A stretch of DNA of 64,000 bases. Origin: an uncultured Actinomycetota bacterium (GTDB lineage Bacteria > Actinomycetota > Humimicrobiia > Humimicrobiales > Humimicrobiaceae). Within the stretch, counting starts at the first letter, position 1. Each line of letters opens with the position of its first letter. The notes beneath the pieces were generated by a model. It saw only the letters and a program-made list of their open reading frames with translations, was not told where the DNA came from and ran no database searches. Shown one piece after another: positions 30,556 to 41,045 of this stretch. Made by a program: the position numbers and the translations under genes. Location of the stretch: contig CAZFEN010000002.1 in NCBI GenBank assembly GCA_964517765.1, forward strand, positions 7,568 to 71,567, in the 5' to 3' direction.

Positions 30556-31599
30556 ATGAATATAATCAAAAATTCCTTAATCAAATCTATACGAAACGAA
30601 TTAAGAAATAGTGGTATCTGCCTTGATAAACTTATTAAAAAATTAACTGACTTAAAAAAAGTCATTGTCATTTGCGGTCCTACATGTGCCGGTAAAAGCA
30701 GAGTCGGGATAATTCTGGCGAAGCTTCTTAAAACGGATATCGTATCGGTAGATTCGATGCAGGTGTACAGAGGAATGGATATAGGAACAGATAAATATGA
30801 CCTGAAAGATTCCGGAATAAAGCAGTATATGACTGATATTTTTGATCCGGATCATGATTTAAGCATTATGGAGTTTAAAGGAATATGCGATAAAATAATC
30901 AAAAATAATTTTTTTCTCAAAAATAAAATTCCTCTTCTTGTAGGGGGTTCTGGATTATATATTAGAGGAATAATCAGCGGTATGGATCCTATGCCGGATG
31001 AAAATAAGGATATAAGAAAAAGGTTAAAAGAAGATATCGAGAATCATGGTATAGAAAGATACTATTTGAAATTAAAAAAAATAGACCCGCATTATGCAAA
31101 GAAAATAAGCGAAAACGATCAGAGGAGAATAATAAGGGCAATTGAAGTTTACGAAATCACAGGCAACACTTTTTCCAGTCTTCAGAATATATGGAAGAAC
31201 CATAAATCCGATTACGGAGCTATTTCTGTCGGAATCACACTTGATAGGAAAAAATTGTATAACAATATTGATAAAAGGGTAGACAGAATGTTTGAAAAAG
31301 GACTGGTTGAAGAGGTAAAAGAATTAATTGATAATGGATATGAAAATTACCGCAGCATTCTACAGGCTGTTGGATACAAAGAATTGGTAAAATACCTAAA
31401 GGGGGAAATAACCCTTGAGAAATGCGTCAGCGATATCAAGAGAAATACCAGGAGACTTGCTAAAAAACAAATGACCTGGTTTAACGCAGAGACTAAAATT
31501 AATTGGATAAGCGCGGATAATTATGATAACATTTTTAAACTAATCAGAGATATTTTTAAAATAATACAGAAACAGATCAATAATGATATCAAAAATTAA
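30556..31599 (+). CDS. miaA: tRNA dimethylallyltransferase. The alternative long ORF start at 30481 overlaps miaB.
   Basis: P-loop ICGPTCAGKS, and SVDSMQVYRGMDIGTDK. Confidence 0.85.
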   Translation: MNIIKNSLIKSIRNELRNSGICLDKLIKKLTDLKKVIVICGPTCAGKSRVGIILAKLLKTDIVSVDSMQVYRGMDIGTDKYDLKDSGIKQYMTDIFDPDHDLSIMEFKGICDKIIKNNFFLKNKIPLLVGGSGLYIRGIISGMDPMPDENKDIRKRLKEDIENHGIERYYLKLKKIDPHYAKKISENDQRRIIRAIEVYEITGNTFSSLQNIWKNHKSDYGAISVGITLDRKKLYNNIDKRVDRMFEKGLVEEVKELIDNGYENYRSILQAVGYKELVKYLKGEITLEKCVSDIKRNTRRLAKKQMTWFNAETKINWISADNYDNIFKLIRDIFKIIQKQINNDIKN

Positions 31600-32464
31600 A
31601 AAAATTGAATTTTCAAAACTAAATGGCCAGGGCAATGATTTTATATTAATAGATGCAACCGTAAACCATATAAAATTATCCGGAGATCAGATAATAAGGA
31701 TGTGTGACAGGAATTTTGGTATAGGTGCGGATGGTTTGATCCTGGTAAGACCATCTAAAATATCCGATTTGAAAATGGATTATTATAACAGGGATGGTTC
31801 GATTGCAGAAATGTGCGGAAATGGAATAAGATGTGTGGCCAGGTTTGCTTATGAAAAAAATCTTTTAAATAAAAAAAATAAGAATTTCAATATTGAGACA
31901 CTTTCAGGAATAAAAAAAGTATTTCTCAAAATAGAGAGCTGTAAAGTCAAAGATATTAAAGTAGATATGGGCAGTCCCGAATTTAAACCTGAAAATATTC
32001 CTGTTAATATTAGTGATAATAAAGTAAATGAGATTTTTAACTATAAAATTAAAATCGATTCTGAAGACTTTATCATTAACTGTGTTTCCACAGGCAATCC
32101 TCACTGTGTGATATTTCTAAAAAATAATATGGACCTGGATACTTTTCCTGTTAGAAAATGGGGACCCAGAATTGAAAATCACAGGATCTTCCCAAATAAG
32201 ACTAATGTGGAATTTGTCCGGGTCAGCGGCAATGAAGAATTAAATATACGAATATGGGAAAGGGGAGTAGGGGAAACTCTTGCATGCGGCACAGGTGCAT
32301 GTGCATCCGCAGTCTGCGCCATAAAGTTAAAAAAAGTCAGTATAAATAAAGTTATCGTCAATGTACCGGGAGGGAAATTGGATATCTCCTGGGATCCCAG
32401 GGATAATATCATCTACCTCGAAGGTAAAGTGGAACACAATTTTGACGGCATTTATTTTTTATAA
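31583..32464 (+). CDS. dapF: Diaminopimelate epimerase
   Basis: NGQGNDFILID, and catalytic Cys residues in MCGNGIRC and GTGACA. Confidence 0.85.
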   Translation: MISKIKKIEFSKLNGQGNDFILIDATVNHIKLSGDQIIRMCDRNFGIGADGLILVRPSKISDLKMDYYNRDGSIAEMCGNGIRCVARFAYEKNLLNKKNKNFNIETLSGIKKVFLKIESCKVKDIKVDMGSPEFKPENIPVNISDNKVNEIFNYKIKIDSEDFIINCVSTGNPHCVIFLKNNMDLDTFPVRKWGPRIENHRIFPNKTNVEFVRVSGNEELNIRIWERGVGETLACGTGACASAVCAIKLKKVSINKVIVNVPGGKLDISWDPRDNIIYLEGKVEHNFDGIYFL

Positions 32465-32488
32465 ATAATTAACATAGAGAGGAATCCA

Positions 32489-33652
32489 ATGCATTTTGAA
32501 GAAGCCGAAAGATTAAAGTCCCTTCCTCCTTATTTATTTGCAGAAATCGATAAATTAATAAACAAGAAAAGGAGAGAAGGATTGGATGTGATAAGTCTGG
32601 CAATCGGTGATCCGGATATACCAACATCAAAGGATATTGTAGAGACTCTCTGTAAAGAAGCAAACGTCCCGGAAAATCACAGATATCCCTCAAGTTACGG
32701 TTTAAAGATTTTTAAAGAAGCAGTATCAAATTTTTATTTGCAGAGATTCAATGTAACACTTGATCCGGAAAGGGAAGTCATACCGCTTATGGGTTCCAAG
32801 GAAGGAATAGCTAATCTGGCTTATACATTTATAAATCCGGGCGATCATGTTATTATGACCGACCCATCTTATCTTGTATATAAAATAAGCGCTCTATTCG
32901 CAGGCGGAATACCTTATAAGGTTCCTCTTAAGAAAGAGGATGATTTCTTATTAGATATTGAAGATATTGATCCGGAAATAGCAAAAAAAGCAAAGATAAT
33001 ATATATAAATTATCCGAATAATCCGACTTCGGCAACATGTGATAAGAGTTTTTTTGAGAAGATAGTATCTTTTGCAGAAAAAAATAATATTATTGTCTGC
33101 CATGATAATGCTTATTCAGATGTCTATCAGGTCGAGAACAAACCGATGAGTTTTTTAAATGCTTACGGCTCCAAAAATATAGGAATAGAATTCAATTCAC
33201 TTTCAAAGACTTTTAATATGACAGGGTGGAGGATAGGCTATGCCGTTGGTAATGCAGGAATTATCGAAAGCCTGGGTAAATATAAAACCAATGTAGATTC
33301 CGGTGTTTTTAATGCCATTCAATATGCCTCAGTCAAAGCTCTGGAAAATTACAAAATACATACGGAATATAACAATAAGATTTACAACAGGAGAAGGGAA
33401 TTGATAAAGAAAACCCTTGATGAAACGGGAATAGATTATCACGATTCCAACGCTACCATATATGTATGGGCAAAGGTTCCTGAAGGATTTACATCGGGCT
33501 CATTCTCTAAAATGCTGCTTGATAAAGCTAATGTAGTGGTAACACCGGGTGTAGAATTCGGAGAGAACGGGGAAGGCTATATAAGGATCTCCATGACTCT
33601 GGAAGATAGCAGATTGGAAGAAGCCTTAAAAAGGATAAGAAACGTTTTATGA
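32489..33652 (+). CDS. dapL: LL-diaminopimelate aminotransferase-like class I aminotransferase
   Basis: Class I/II aminotransferase fold; the PLP-binding Lys in SLSKTFNMTGWRIGY; adjacent to dapF. Confidence 0.65.
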   Translation: MHFEEAERLKSLPPYLFAEIDKLINKKRREGLDVISLAIGDPDIPTSKDIVETLCKEANVPENHRYPSSYGLKIFKEAVSNFYLQRFNVTLDPEREVIPLMGSKEGIANLAYTFINPGDHVIMTDPSYLVYKISALFAGGIPYKVPLKKEDDFLLDIEDIDPEIAKKAKIIYINYPNNPTSATCDKSFFEKIVSFAEKNNIIVCHDNAYSDVYQVENKPMSFLNAYGSKNIGIEFNSLSKTFNMTGWRIGYAVGNAGIIESLGKYKTNVDSGVFNAIQYASVKALENYKIHTEYNNKIYNRRRELIKKTLDETGIDYHDSNATIYVWAKVPEGFTSGSFSKMLLDKANVVVTPGVEFGENGEGYIRISMTLEDSRLEEALKRIRNVL

Positions 33653-33682
33653 AACGGTTAAAGCTGCTAGATGTAATTTGAT

Positions 33683-34984
33683 ATGAAAGAAAAAACCCTT
33701 TTAATTTTTATAGATTTCTATAATTTTAGAAAAAATACCTCAAATAGACCGGATCACAGTAAAGCATTAAGTGAAAATGCAGAAGAACTAAAAAACCTGA
33801 CCTTAAGTGCCGGTGCAGTTGTAGAAGAGATGGTTTTCGGTAGACAGGATAAACCAAATCCCAAATATTTCATTGGAACCGGGAAGTTAGATGAAGTCAA
33901 AAATATCGTTGATACTAAAGATATAGAACTGGTAATTTTTGATGATGAAATCACACCTACACAGCAAAGAAATCTACAATTGAAACTTGACACCAAGGTC
34001 CTTGATAGAACTGCTTTAATCCTGGATATATTTGCACAGAGGGCTCACAGCAGTGAAGGAAAACTTCAGGTCGAGCTGGCACAACTTAACTATCTTCTTC
34101 CCAGATTGAAAGGCAGGGGAGTAGAGCTTTCAAGATTGGGCGGCGGTATCGGGACAAGGGGTCCAGGTGAAACAAAGCTTGAAGTCGATAAAAGAAAAAT
34201 AAGGAAACGAATCAGTGTCCTTGAAAAGAAGATACAACAGATCAGCACACAGAGAGATACTCAGAGAAAGAGCAGGGAAGAAAAGAATGTATTTCAAATA
34301 GCACTTGTAGGATACACCAATAGCGGTAAGACTACACTTCTTAACTCAACAACCAGTTCAGACGGCTATGTTGAGGATCGTCTATTTTCGACGCTTGATT
34401 CGACTACAAGAAAATTAAAAATGTATCCTAATTCCGAAGCCCTGATCTCAGATACGGTCGGATTCATAGAAAAATTACCGCATCAACTCATAGCATCCTT
34501 TAAATCTACTCTCGAGGAAGTCAAAAGATCGGATTTACTTTTACTTGTTTCCGATATAAACAAGCCGGATTTCGAGAACAATATTAAGAGTGTCAAAAAT
34601 GTACTGAAAGAGATCGATGCAGCGGACAAGCCCATGCTGCTGATTTTTAATAAAATCGATAAATTAAGCAATGCAGAAATAGAAAGATTAAAAATAAAAT
34701 ATAAAGAAGCGATATTTATATCTGCATTGAAAAAGACCGGATTTAAAGAATTATATTCAACAGTTAAAAAAATGATCGAAAGGCATTATTTAGATATAGT
34801 CGTCAGAATTCCATATAATGAGAATAAGCTTATTTCTTTTATTTATGATAACTGTCAGGTTCTCGGACGCAAAAATCTGGGAAACTCAGCTATTTTAAAT
34901 CTGCATGTGAATTCAAGATACTGTTCCATGTTATCACGATACATATACAGAAGAAGAGAAAGCAGGGAAGCCAGGATAGAATAG
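33683..34984 (+). CDS. hflX: GTPase HflX
   Basis: HflX N-terminal domain followed by a G domain (GYTNSGKTTL, DTVGF, NKID). Confidence 0.85.
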   Translation: MKEKTLLIFIDFYNFRKNTSNRPDHSKALSENAEELKNLTLSAGAVVEEMVFGRQDKPNPKYFIGTGKLDEVKNIVDTKDIELVIFDDEITPTQQRNLQLKLDTKVLDRTALILDIFAQRAHSSEGKLQVELAQLNYLLPRLKGRGVELSRLGGGIGTRGPGETKLEVDKRKIRKRISVLEKKIQQISTQRDTQRKSREEKNVFQIALVGYTNSGKTTLLNSTTSSDGYVEDRLFSTLDSTTRKLKMYPNSEALISDTVGFIEKLPHQLIASFKSTLEEVKRSDLLLLVSDINKPDFENNIKSVKNVLKEIDAADKPMLLIFNKIDKLSNAEIERLKIKYKEAIFISALKKTGFKELYSTVKKMIERHYLDIVVRIPYNENKLISFIYDNCQVLGRKNLGNSAILNLHVNSRYCSMLSRYIYRRRESREARIE

Positions 34985-34997
34985 GAGTCAATATAGT

Positions 34998-35627
34998 TTA
35001 AAAATATTTCCTGATCACTCCGATTACTTTTCCAAGTATTTTTACATCATTTACTACAATTGGTTCCATGTAATCATTTTCAGGCATTAATTTTATCTTC
35101 TTATCTGTCTTGAAAAATCTTTTGACTGTTGCTTCATCTTCCAGCAGAGCCACGATTATTTCTCCGTTTATGGCACTTTCCTGTTTCCTTACAACAATAT
35201 AATCCCTGTCAAGTATACCGGCATTAACCATGCTGTCTCCTCTTACATGAAGAATAAATACTTCTTTTTTTCCTTTTACGAAGTCAGGTGAAAGAGGAAA
35301 ATAATCTTCGATATTTTCGGTTGCAAGAATAGGTTTTCCGGCTGTTATGTTTCCGACAACAGGAACATATACAAGATTATTAAAACCACGATCGATTGTT
35401 TCATCCTGCTGCCTTGGAAATATAGAAATAGCACGGGGTTTGAACGGATTTCTTTTAAGATATCCTTTTTCTTCAAGTTTTTTTAAATGTGAATGTACAG
35501 TTGCCGAGGAACTAAGATTAACTGCCTGAGCTATTTCTCTTACGGAAGGAGGATATCCGGATTCTTTGATCTTCTTATTGATGAATTTTAGAATATCTTC
35601 CTGTCTTGTGCTGATATTATTATCCAT
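34998..35627 (-). CDS. lexA: LexA repressor (S24 peptidase)
   Basis: N-terminal winged HTH (SVREIAQAVNLSSSATVHSHLKKLEEKGYL), cleavage site AG, Ser-Lys dyad (GDSM … VVRK-type). Confidence 0.9.
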   Translation of the reverse strand: MDNNISTRQEDILKFINKKIKESGYPPSVREIAQAVNLSSSATVHSHLKKLEEKGYLKRNPFKPRAISIFPRQQDETIDRGFNNLVYVPVVGNITAGKPILATENIEDYFPLSPDFVKGKKEVFILHVRGDSMVNAGILDRDYIVVRKQESAINGEIIVALLEDEATVKRFFKTDKKIKLMPENDYMEPIVVNDVKILGKVIGVIRKYF

Positions 35628-35691
35628 AATTTTTTAAAATAATATTTGTTATTCTAATTTCAATTATTATAACAAAAAAGAATAACAAAGG

Positions 35692-35705
35692 CAAACACAG
35701 GTTCG
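35692..35705 (-). promoter_or_regulatory. Cheo-type LexA box upstream of lexA (autoregulation)
   Basis: The minus strand reads CGAACCTGTGTTTG (GAAC-N4-GTTT), 65-78 bp upstream of the lexA ATG. It overlaps the -35 region of a putative TATAAT promoter. Confidence 0.5.
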
Positions 35706-35710
35706 CTTTT

Positions 35711-36763
<1,053 letters not shown>

Positions 36764-36861
36764 TTATACAATTGATTTTCTTTATATATTCTAACAAATA
36801 ACTAAAAAAAGTATATAAAATTTGAATAAAATCAAAAAATAAAAAATTTTTATATTATCTA

Positions 36862-36910
36862 TTGACACGAACATACGTTTGGTTATATTATTATAGCGAA
36901 CATATGTTTG
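36862..36910 (+). promoter_or_regulatory. SOS-type promoter: TTGACA-16-TATATT overlapped by two Cheo-type LexA boxes
   Basis: -35 TTGACA at 36862-36867. Box 1 CGAACATACGTTTG at 36868-36881, inside the spacer. -10 TATATT at 36884-36889. Box 2 CGAACATATGTTTG at 36897-36910. Confidence 0.6.
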
Positions 36911-36977
36911 TTATTAGGATATAAGTATAAAGACAGGTAAATATCATTTTATAATAAATAAAAAGAGGTAACAACAA

Positions 36978-37280
36978 TTGGGAATGATTAAGGTAAACAT
37001 TAAAAAAATATTTTTATATATTCTTATAATTATTGTTGTATGCCTGGTTATAACAGCTTTTTATTACAATAGATATAAATTTAGCGGTATAACCACAACA
37101 AGATATACCAGAGTAAGTCTGGAACATGAGACCAATATAAGCGAGCTCGCAGATAAATATTCAAATAATCTGACCAAATCAAGATTTGTAAGTGAAATAA
37201 AGAGAATAAATGATATGGATAACGCAGACTATATTCCAGGAAATTCTACTATAATTATTCCTATAATCGAATTCGAATAG
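36978..37280 (+). CDS. Small N-terminally anchored LysM-domain protein; candidate SOS-induced cell-division inhibitor (YneA-like)
   Basis: TM helix IFLYILIIIVVCLVITAFYY; C-terminal LysM-like segment (YTRVSLEHETNISELADKYSNNLTK…INDMDNADYIPGNSTIIIP). RBS AGAGGT. Sits downstream of the two LexA boxes. Confidence 0.55.
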   Translation: MGMIKVNIKKIFLYILIIIVVCLVITAFYYNRYKFSGITTTRYTRVSLEHETNISELADKYSNNLTKSRFVSEIKRINDMDNADYIPGNSTIIIPIIEFE

Positions 37281-37328
37281 TATAATCTATATAATTCAAA
37301 ATATTATAATCTATATAATTCAAATATT
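37281..37328. repeat. Tandem direct repeat, 2 x 24 bp
   Basis: TATAATCTATATAATTCAAAATAT followed by TATAATCTATATAATTCAAATATT, between the yneA-like stop and the dut start. Confidence 0.7.
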
Positions 37329-37390
37329 TTAAAATTAATCATAATCCTATAAATCAACTTATAAATATTCTTAACATTATTTTTAAATAA

Positions 37391-37822
37391 ATGATAACCA
37401 TTAAAGTAAAAGTACTTGATAAATCAATTCCTGTACCTGGATATGCTCATACAGGTGATGCAGGGCTTGATCTTTATAGTTCAATCGATTGTGAATTAAA
37501 ACCTTTCGAGAGAAAAAAAATACCTACCGGTATTAAAGTATCAATACCTCATGGTTATGCCGGATTTGTCCAGCCGAGATCCGGTCTTGCTTTGAAAAAT
37601 GGCATAGGTATGGTAAATGCTCCCGGCCTAATTGATTCTGCTTATAGAGGAGAGATCTGTGCAATACTTATAAATTTTGATACTGATAACACGTTTCATA
37701 TAAAAAAAGGTGACAGGATCTGCCAGATGGTAATTCTTGGAGTTGATGAAGTTCATCTTAATATAGTTGATGATTTGGATGAAACTACAAGGGGTGAATC
37801 GGGTTTCGGAAGTACAGGTTAA
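37391..37822 (+). CDS. dut: dUTP diphosphatase
   Basis: Trimeric dUTPase motifs (AGLDLYS, RSGLA, GLIDSAYRGEI, RGESGFGSTG). Confidence 0.9.
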   Translation: MITIKVKVLDKSIPVPGYAHTGDAGLDLYSSIDCELKPFERKKIPTGIKVSIPHGYAGFVQPRSGLALKNGIGMVNAPGLIDSAYRGEICAILINFDTDNTFHIKKGDRICQMVILGVDEVHLNIVDDLDETTRGESGFGSTG

Positions 37823-37979
37823 TAGAACCTTACGTATCAATAAAATTCTTATAAGCATGAGAATGTTTCTTTTCCTATATATTATTAACTTCCGATAATA
37901 TATATTATGTTAACTTTAATATAATTAAAAGATTTTGCTATTCCTGAATGATTATTAGATGTTATTTGTATAGTATGAA

Positions 37980-38537
37980 TTAGATAGTTTTGATTACCCT
38001 GGCCGGGTTCCCTACTGCAAGACAATTATCAGGAATAGAATCAAGCACCAGTGAGTGTGCCCCAATTGTAGTATTATTACCAATTTTTATAGGACCAAGT
38101 ATCGTGACATTTGTATAAAGAATAACATTATCTCCGATCTCAGGATAACCGCGACCACCATGATGAAATATGGAATGTCCAATACCACCCAGTGTGACGT
38201 TAGAAAAAATACTTACATTATTACCAATCTTTACTCCCCTGCCTATTATAACTCCGGCAGAATGCCATATTCTGCATCCAGAACCTATTTCGGCACCCGG
38301 ATCTATTTCAGCTCCATTAAAGAAAAAATTTATTCTGCAGCAGATTTCTGACAGTAGTCTTAGCTTTATTTTAAAAAGTATTCGATAGAATCTGTAAAAT
38401 ATTAAGGCCTGTATCCCTGGTTTTACGAGTATTATTCTAAAAGCACCCCATATGCCAGGTTTACCCTTCATTGTGCCGTATTTACTGAAGAGATACTCTA
38501 TATCTCCCTTTAAATTACCGTTATTATTATTTTTCAT
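37980..38537 (-). CDS. Hexapeptide-repeat acyltransferase, short serine O-acetyltransferase-like
   Basis: Left-handed beta-helix repeats (AEIGSGCRIWHSAGVIIGRGVKIGNNVSIFSNVTLGG) after a short SAT-like N-terminal helix region. Confidence 0.65.
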   Translation of the reverse strand: MKNNNNGNLKGDIEYLFSKYGTMKGKPGIWGAFRIILVKPGIQALIFYRFYRILFKIKLRLLSEICCRINFFFNGAEIDPGAEIGSGCRIWHSAGVIIGRGVKIGNNVSIFSNVTLGGIGHSIFHHGGRGYPEIGDNVILYTNVTILGPIKIGNNTTIGAHSLVLDSIPDNCLAVGNPARVIKTI

Positions 38538-38644
38538 TTTATGGAAGGAAATTTACTATCTTGTTAATACTAATATTTAATACTAATGATTGGAAAATGA
38601 GAATAAACTTTTTCGAAACTTGATGATATATCTTTTTTAAAAAA

Positions 38645-39037
38645 TTATCTATTTATATATTTAAATAATAAGCTGTTATAGTCTTTCTTATAAAATAATT
38701 TTATATTTATATCCGGATACAACTCTTTTAATTTTCTAATTTTATAATTTTTCTTTGTAACCAGATTTTGATTAAGAGTGGTAAGTTCGATATAAAGATC
38801 CAGGTCCGGCAGATAGAAATCCGGTGTAAAGCTGGCTTCGGGATTTCCTTTTATATCAAACTCCAATACAAAGGTTCTTGGTTCATATTCCCATCTCATT
38901 TTATAAAAATCCAGTATTCTTGAAAATTCCTTCTCACTGTTGTGCGCAAATCTTATATTTTCAGAATCTTTATAATTGCTTTCAGGATTATTGTTTTTAT
39001 TTATATTTTCTCTTATGTCCAATAAATTTTTTCCCAT
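38645..39037 (-). CDS. Hypothetical protein (130 aa); possible nuclease-like fold
   Basis: Complete ORF 36 bp downstream of the MerR gene on the same strand. The segment FTPDFYLPDLDLYIELTT loosely resembles PD-(D/E)xK/VRR-NUC cores but lacks the canonical Lys. Confidence 0.4.
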   Translation of the reverse strand: MGKNLLDIRENINKNNNPESNYKDSENIRFAHNSEKEFSRILDFYKMRWEYEPRTFVLEFDIKGNPEASFTPDFYLPDLDLYIELTTLNQNLVTKKNYKIRKLKELYPDINIKLFYKKDYNSLLFKYINR

Positions 39038-39073
39038 ATGTTTCTAAAAAACCTCCGTTCAAATTTTAAGATA

Positions 39074-39571
39074 TTAATATTGTTTATAACTTCCTGAATT
39101 TATTCCTGCTTCTGTTTTTCTATTATTTTTCATAAAGTATTTCTCTATATCACCATTCAAATCATTGTATACCTTACCCAGAGCTATCCCGAATACACCC
39201 TGGCCGCTTTTTAATGTATCCACTATCGCTTTATCTGAATCGCAGGCGTAAACAGTATTCCCATCAGATATAAGCGTCAGTCTTAAAAGTCCATTACCGC
39301 GATTACTTTTATTATCATATTCATCCAAATATCTTTTCGTTTTTCTTAATTTCTGCAGGCTGATACCTGCTTCCATTAATTTTTTTATAACCTTTAATTT
39401 CATTAAATCGTTAAAGTCATACATTCTTCTGCTTCCATAACCCCCTGCCCCATTCACGGAAGGCTTTAAAAAACCGGTTCTATCATAATAATCAAGCTGT
39501 TTGTATGTGATCCCTATTATCCTGCATACTTCTAAGGAACCATAAAATTTCTTGATAATCGTACTATCCAT
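39074..39571 (-). CDS. MerR-family transcriptional regulator (N-terminal HTH + ~90-aa C-terminal domain)
   Basis: MerR HTH KFYGSLEVCRIIGITYKQLDYYDRTGFLKP…RMYDFNDLMKLKVIKKL. Confidence 0.7.
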   Translation of the reverse strand: MDSTIIKKFYGSLEVCRIIGITYKQLDYYDRTGFLKPSVNGAGGYGSRRMYDFNDLMKLKVIKKLMEAGISLQKLRKTKRYLDEYDNKSNRGNGLLRLTLISDGNTVYACDSDKAIVDTLKSGQGVFGIALGKVYNDLNGDIEKYFMKNNRKTEAGINSGSYKQY

Positions 39572-39606
39572 GAATATATTTTCTTTATTTACTTTATTAT
39601 AATCTT

Positions 39607-39638
39607 AATTACATTATTGTAATTACATCATTGTAATT
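39607..39638. promoter_or_regulatory. Twin overlapping 18-bp palindromes; candidate operator of the downstream MerR regulator
   Basis: AATTACATTATTGTAATT (39607-39624) and AATTACATCATTGTAATT (39621-39638). Each is a perfect 7-4-7 inverted repeat, and the two share AATT. They lie 36-67 bp upstream of the MerR start. Confidence 0.6.
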
Positions 39639-39757
39639 TTAGAATTTATATCCATTAAAGTCAATAGAAGATATGCTTAATATCAGGCCTTAAAAGTATA
39701 TCGAATAGATAAAAAGATGTTTATGAAGTTAAGAAATCCGGAGAATATTTTTGAATA

Positions 39758-40237
39758 TTATTTATTTTCGAAATTTTTTTTAAAATCTTCCGGCTCAATA
39801 TTGTCGAGGAAATTTTTAAATTTTTTTACCTCATCTTCTATTGACTGTATTCTAAGTCCACCTGATTCCAGTACCTGTTCTGCAACATAGATATCGCATT
39901 TACTTCTCACGGCGGTAGCGATTGCATCGGATGGCCTTGAATCGACTCTGATTACTTTTTTATCAGTATTCATGATGTTGATTATGGCATAAAAAGTATT
40001 ATTTCTTATTTCTGTTATTTCTATATTATCAATACTTATTTTCAAATTATTAATAATATTAATGATTAAATCATGAGTCATGGGCCGGGGTGTTTTTATA
40101 TTAGACATTTCAAGAGCAATAGCCGAAGCTTCATAGGGTCCTATCCATATTGGTAAATATCTATTTCCATTTTCTTCTTTTAGAAGGAGAATTGGCTTGT
40201 TGGATGGCAACTCTATCCTTACTCCTTCAAGTATCAT
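39758..40237 (-). CDS. Bifunctional nuclease (BFN/DUF151) family protein. The alternative longer start at 40306 is less likely.
   Basis: Core LLLKEENGNRYLPIWIGPYEASAIALEM…RPMTHDL…RVDSRPSDAIATAV, typical of DUF151. Confidence 0.7.
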   Translation of the reverse strand: MILEGVRIELPSNKPILLLKEENGNRYLPIWIGPYEASAIALEMSNIKTPRPMTHDLIINIINNLKISIDNIEITEIRNNTFYAIINIMNTDKKVIRVDSRPSDAIATAVRSKCDIYVAEQVLESGGLRIQSIEDEVKKFKNFLDNIEPEDFKKNFENK

Positions 40238-40415
40238 CTTTATTAAATTTGTATTCTTTCTGATTTTCAACTTTTTAAAATAATTTTGCCTGTAATTATA
40301 TAACACTTGATAGCTTAAAGCGATAAATCATATCTAATGGAGTCCATGCAATAACATGATATCTGGTTTTAAAACAATTAAAAACTACCAATAGGTTCAA
40401 GGGGTCATAACATTA

Positions 40416-41015
40416 TTATATGGAGCTGCTTTTCAGGGATTCGATATCTTTTTTTATAGTTTCCAATTTTAATTCATATATCGATTGGAGATTTCTGAAT
40501 TTCTGTTTATAATCCAAACCATAACCGACTATATATTTTTCTCCGATCTTAAAACCAATATATTTGATATTTATTTCTGCGATTCTTCTGACATCCCTGT
40601 CCAGAAGAGTGCATATTTCAATGCTTCCGGGAAATCTTGATTTTAAATTTCTTAATAGATAGCTTATGGTAAGTCCTGTGTCAATAATATCCTCTACTAT
40701 CAATACATCCTTTCCTTCAATGGATTCATCCAGATCTTTGGTGATCCTTACCACGCCTGTAGATGTATCATTAATTCCATATGTAGAAATACCCATGAAA
40801 TCTATACTCAGAGGAAGATCGATTTCCTTGATAAGGTCTGCTAAAAATATTACCCCCCCTCTTAATATACTTACCAGCAGTAGATTTTTATATTTATAAT
40901 CACCTGTTATTTCTCTTCCCAGTTCAGAAATTCTATTTTTTATATCAGAACCTGTAAATAATTCTTTTCCTAAAATACTGCTTTTTATTAATTCTTTTTC
41001 GGTTTGATCACTCAA
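40416..41015 (-). CDS. hpt: Hypoxanthine(-guanine) phosphoribosyltransferase
   Basis: PRPP-binding motif VLIVEDIIDTGLT; type I PRTase fold. Confidence 0.85.
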   Translation of the reverse strand: MSDQTEKELIKSSILGKELFTGSDIKNRISELGREITGDYKYKNLLLVSILRGGVIFLADLIKEIDLPLSIDFMGISTYGINDTSTGVVRITKDLDESIEGKDVLIVEDIIDTGLTISYLLRNLKSRFPGSIEICTLLDRDVRRIAEINIKYIGFKIGEKYIVGYGLDYKQKFRNLQSIYELKLETIKKDIESLKSSSI

Positions 41016-41045
41016 AATATAATCGGGATTATTAAATATAATTTT

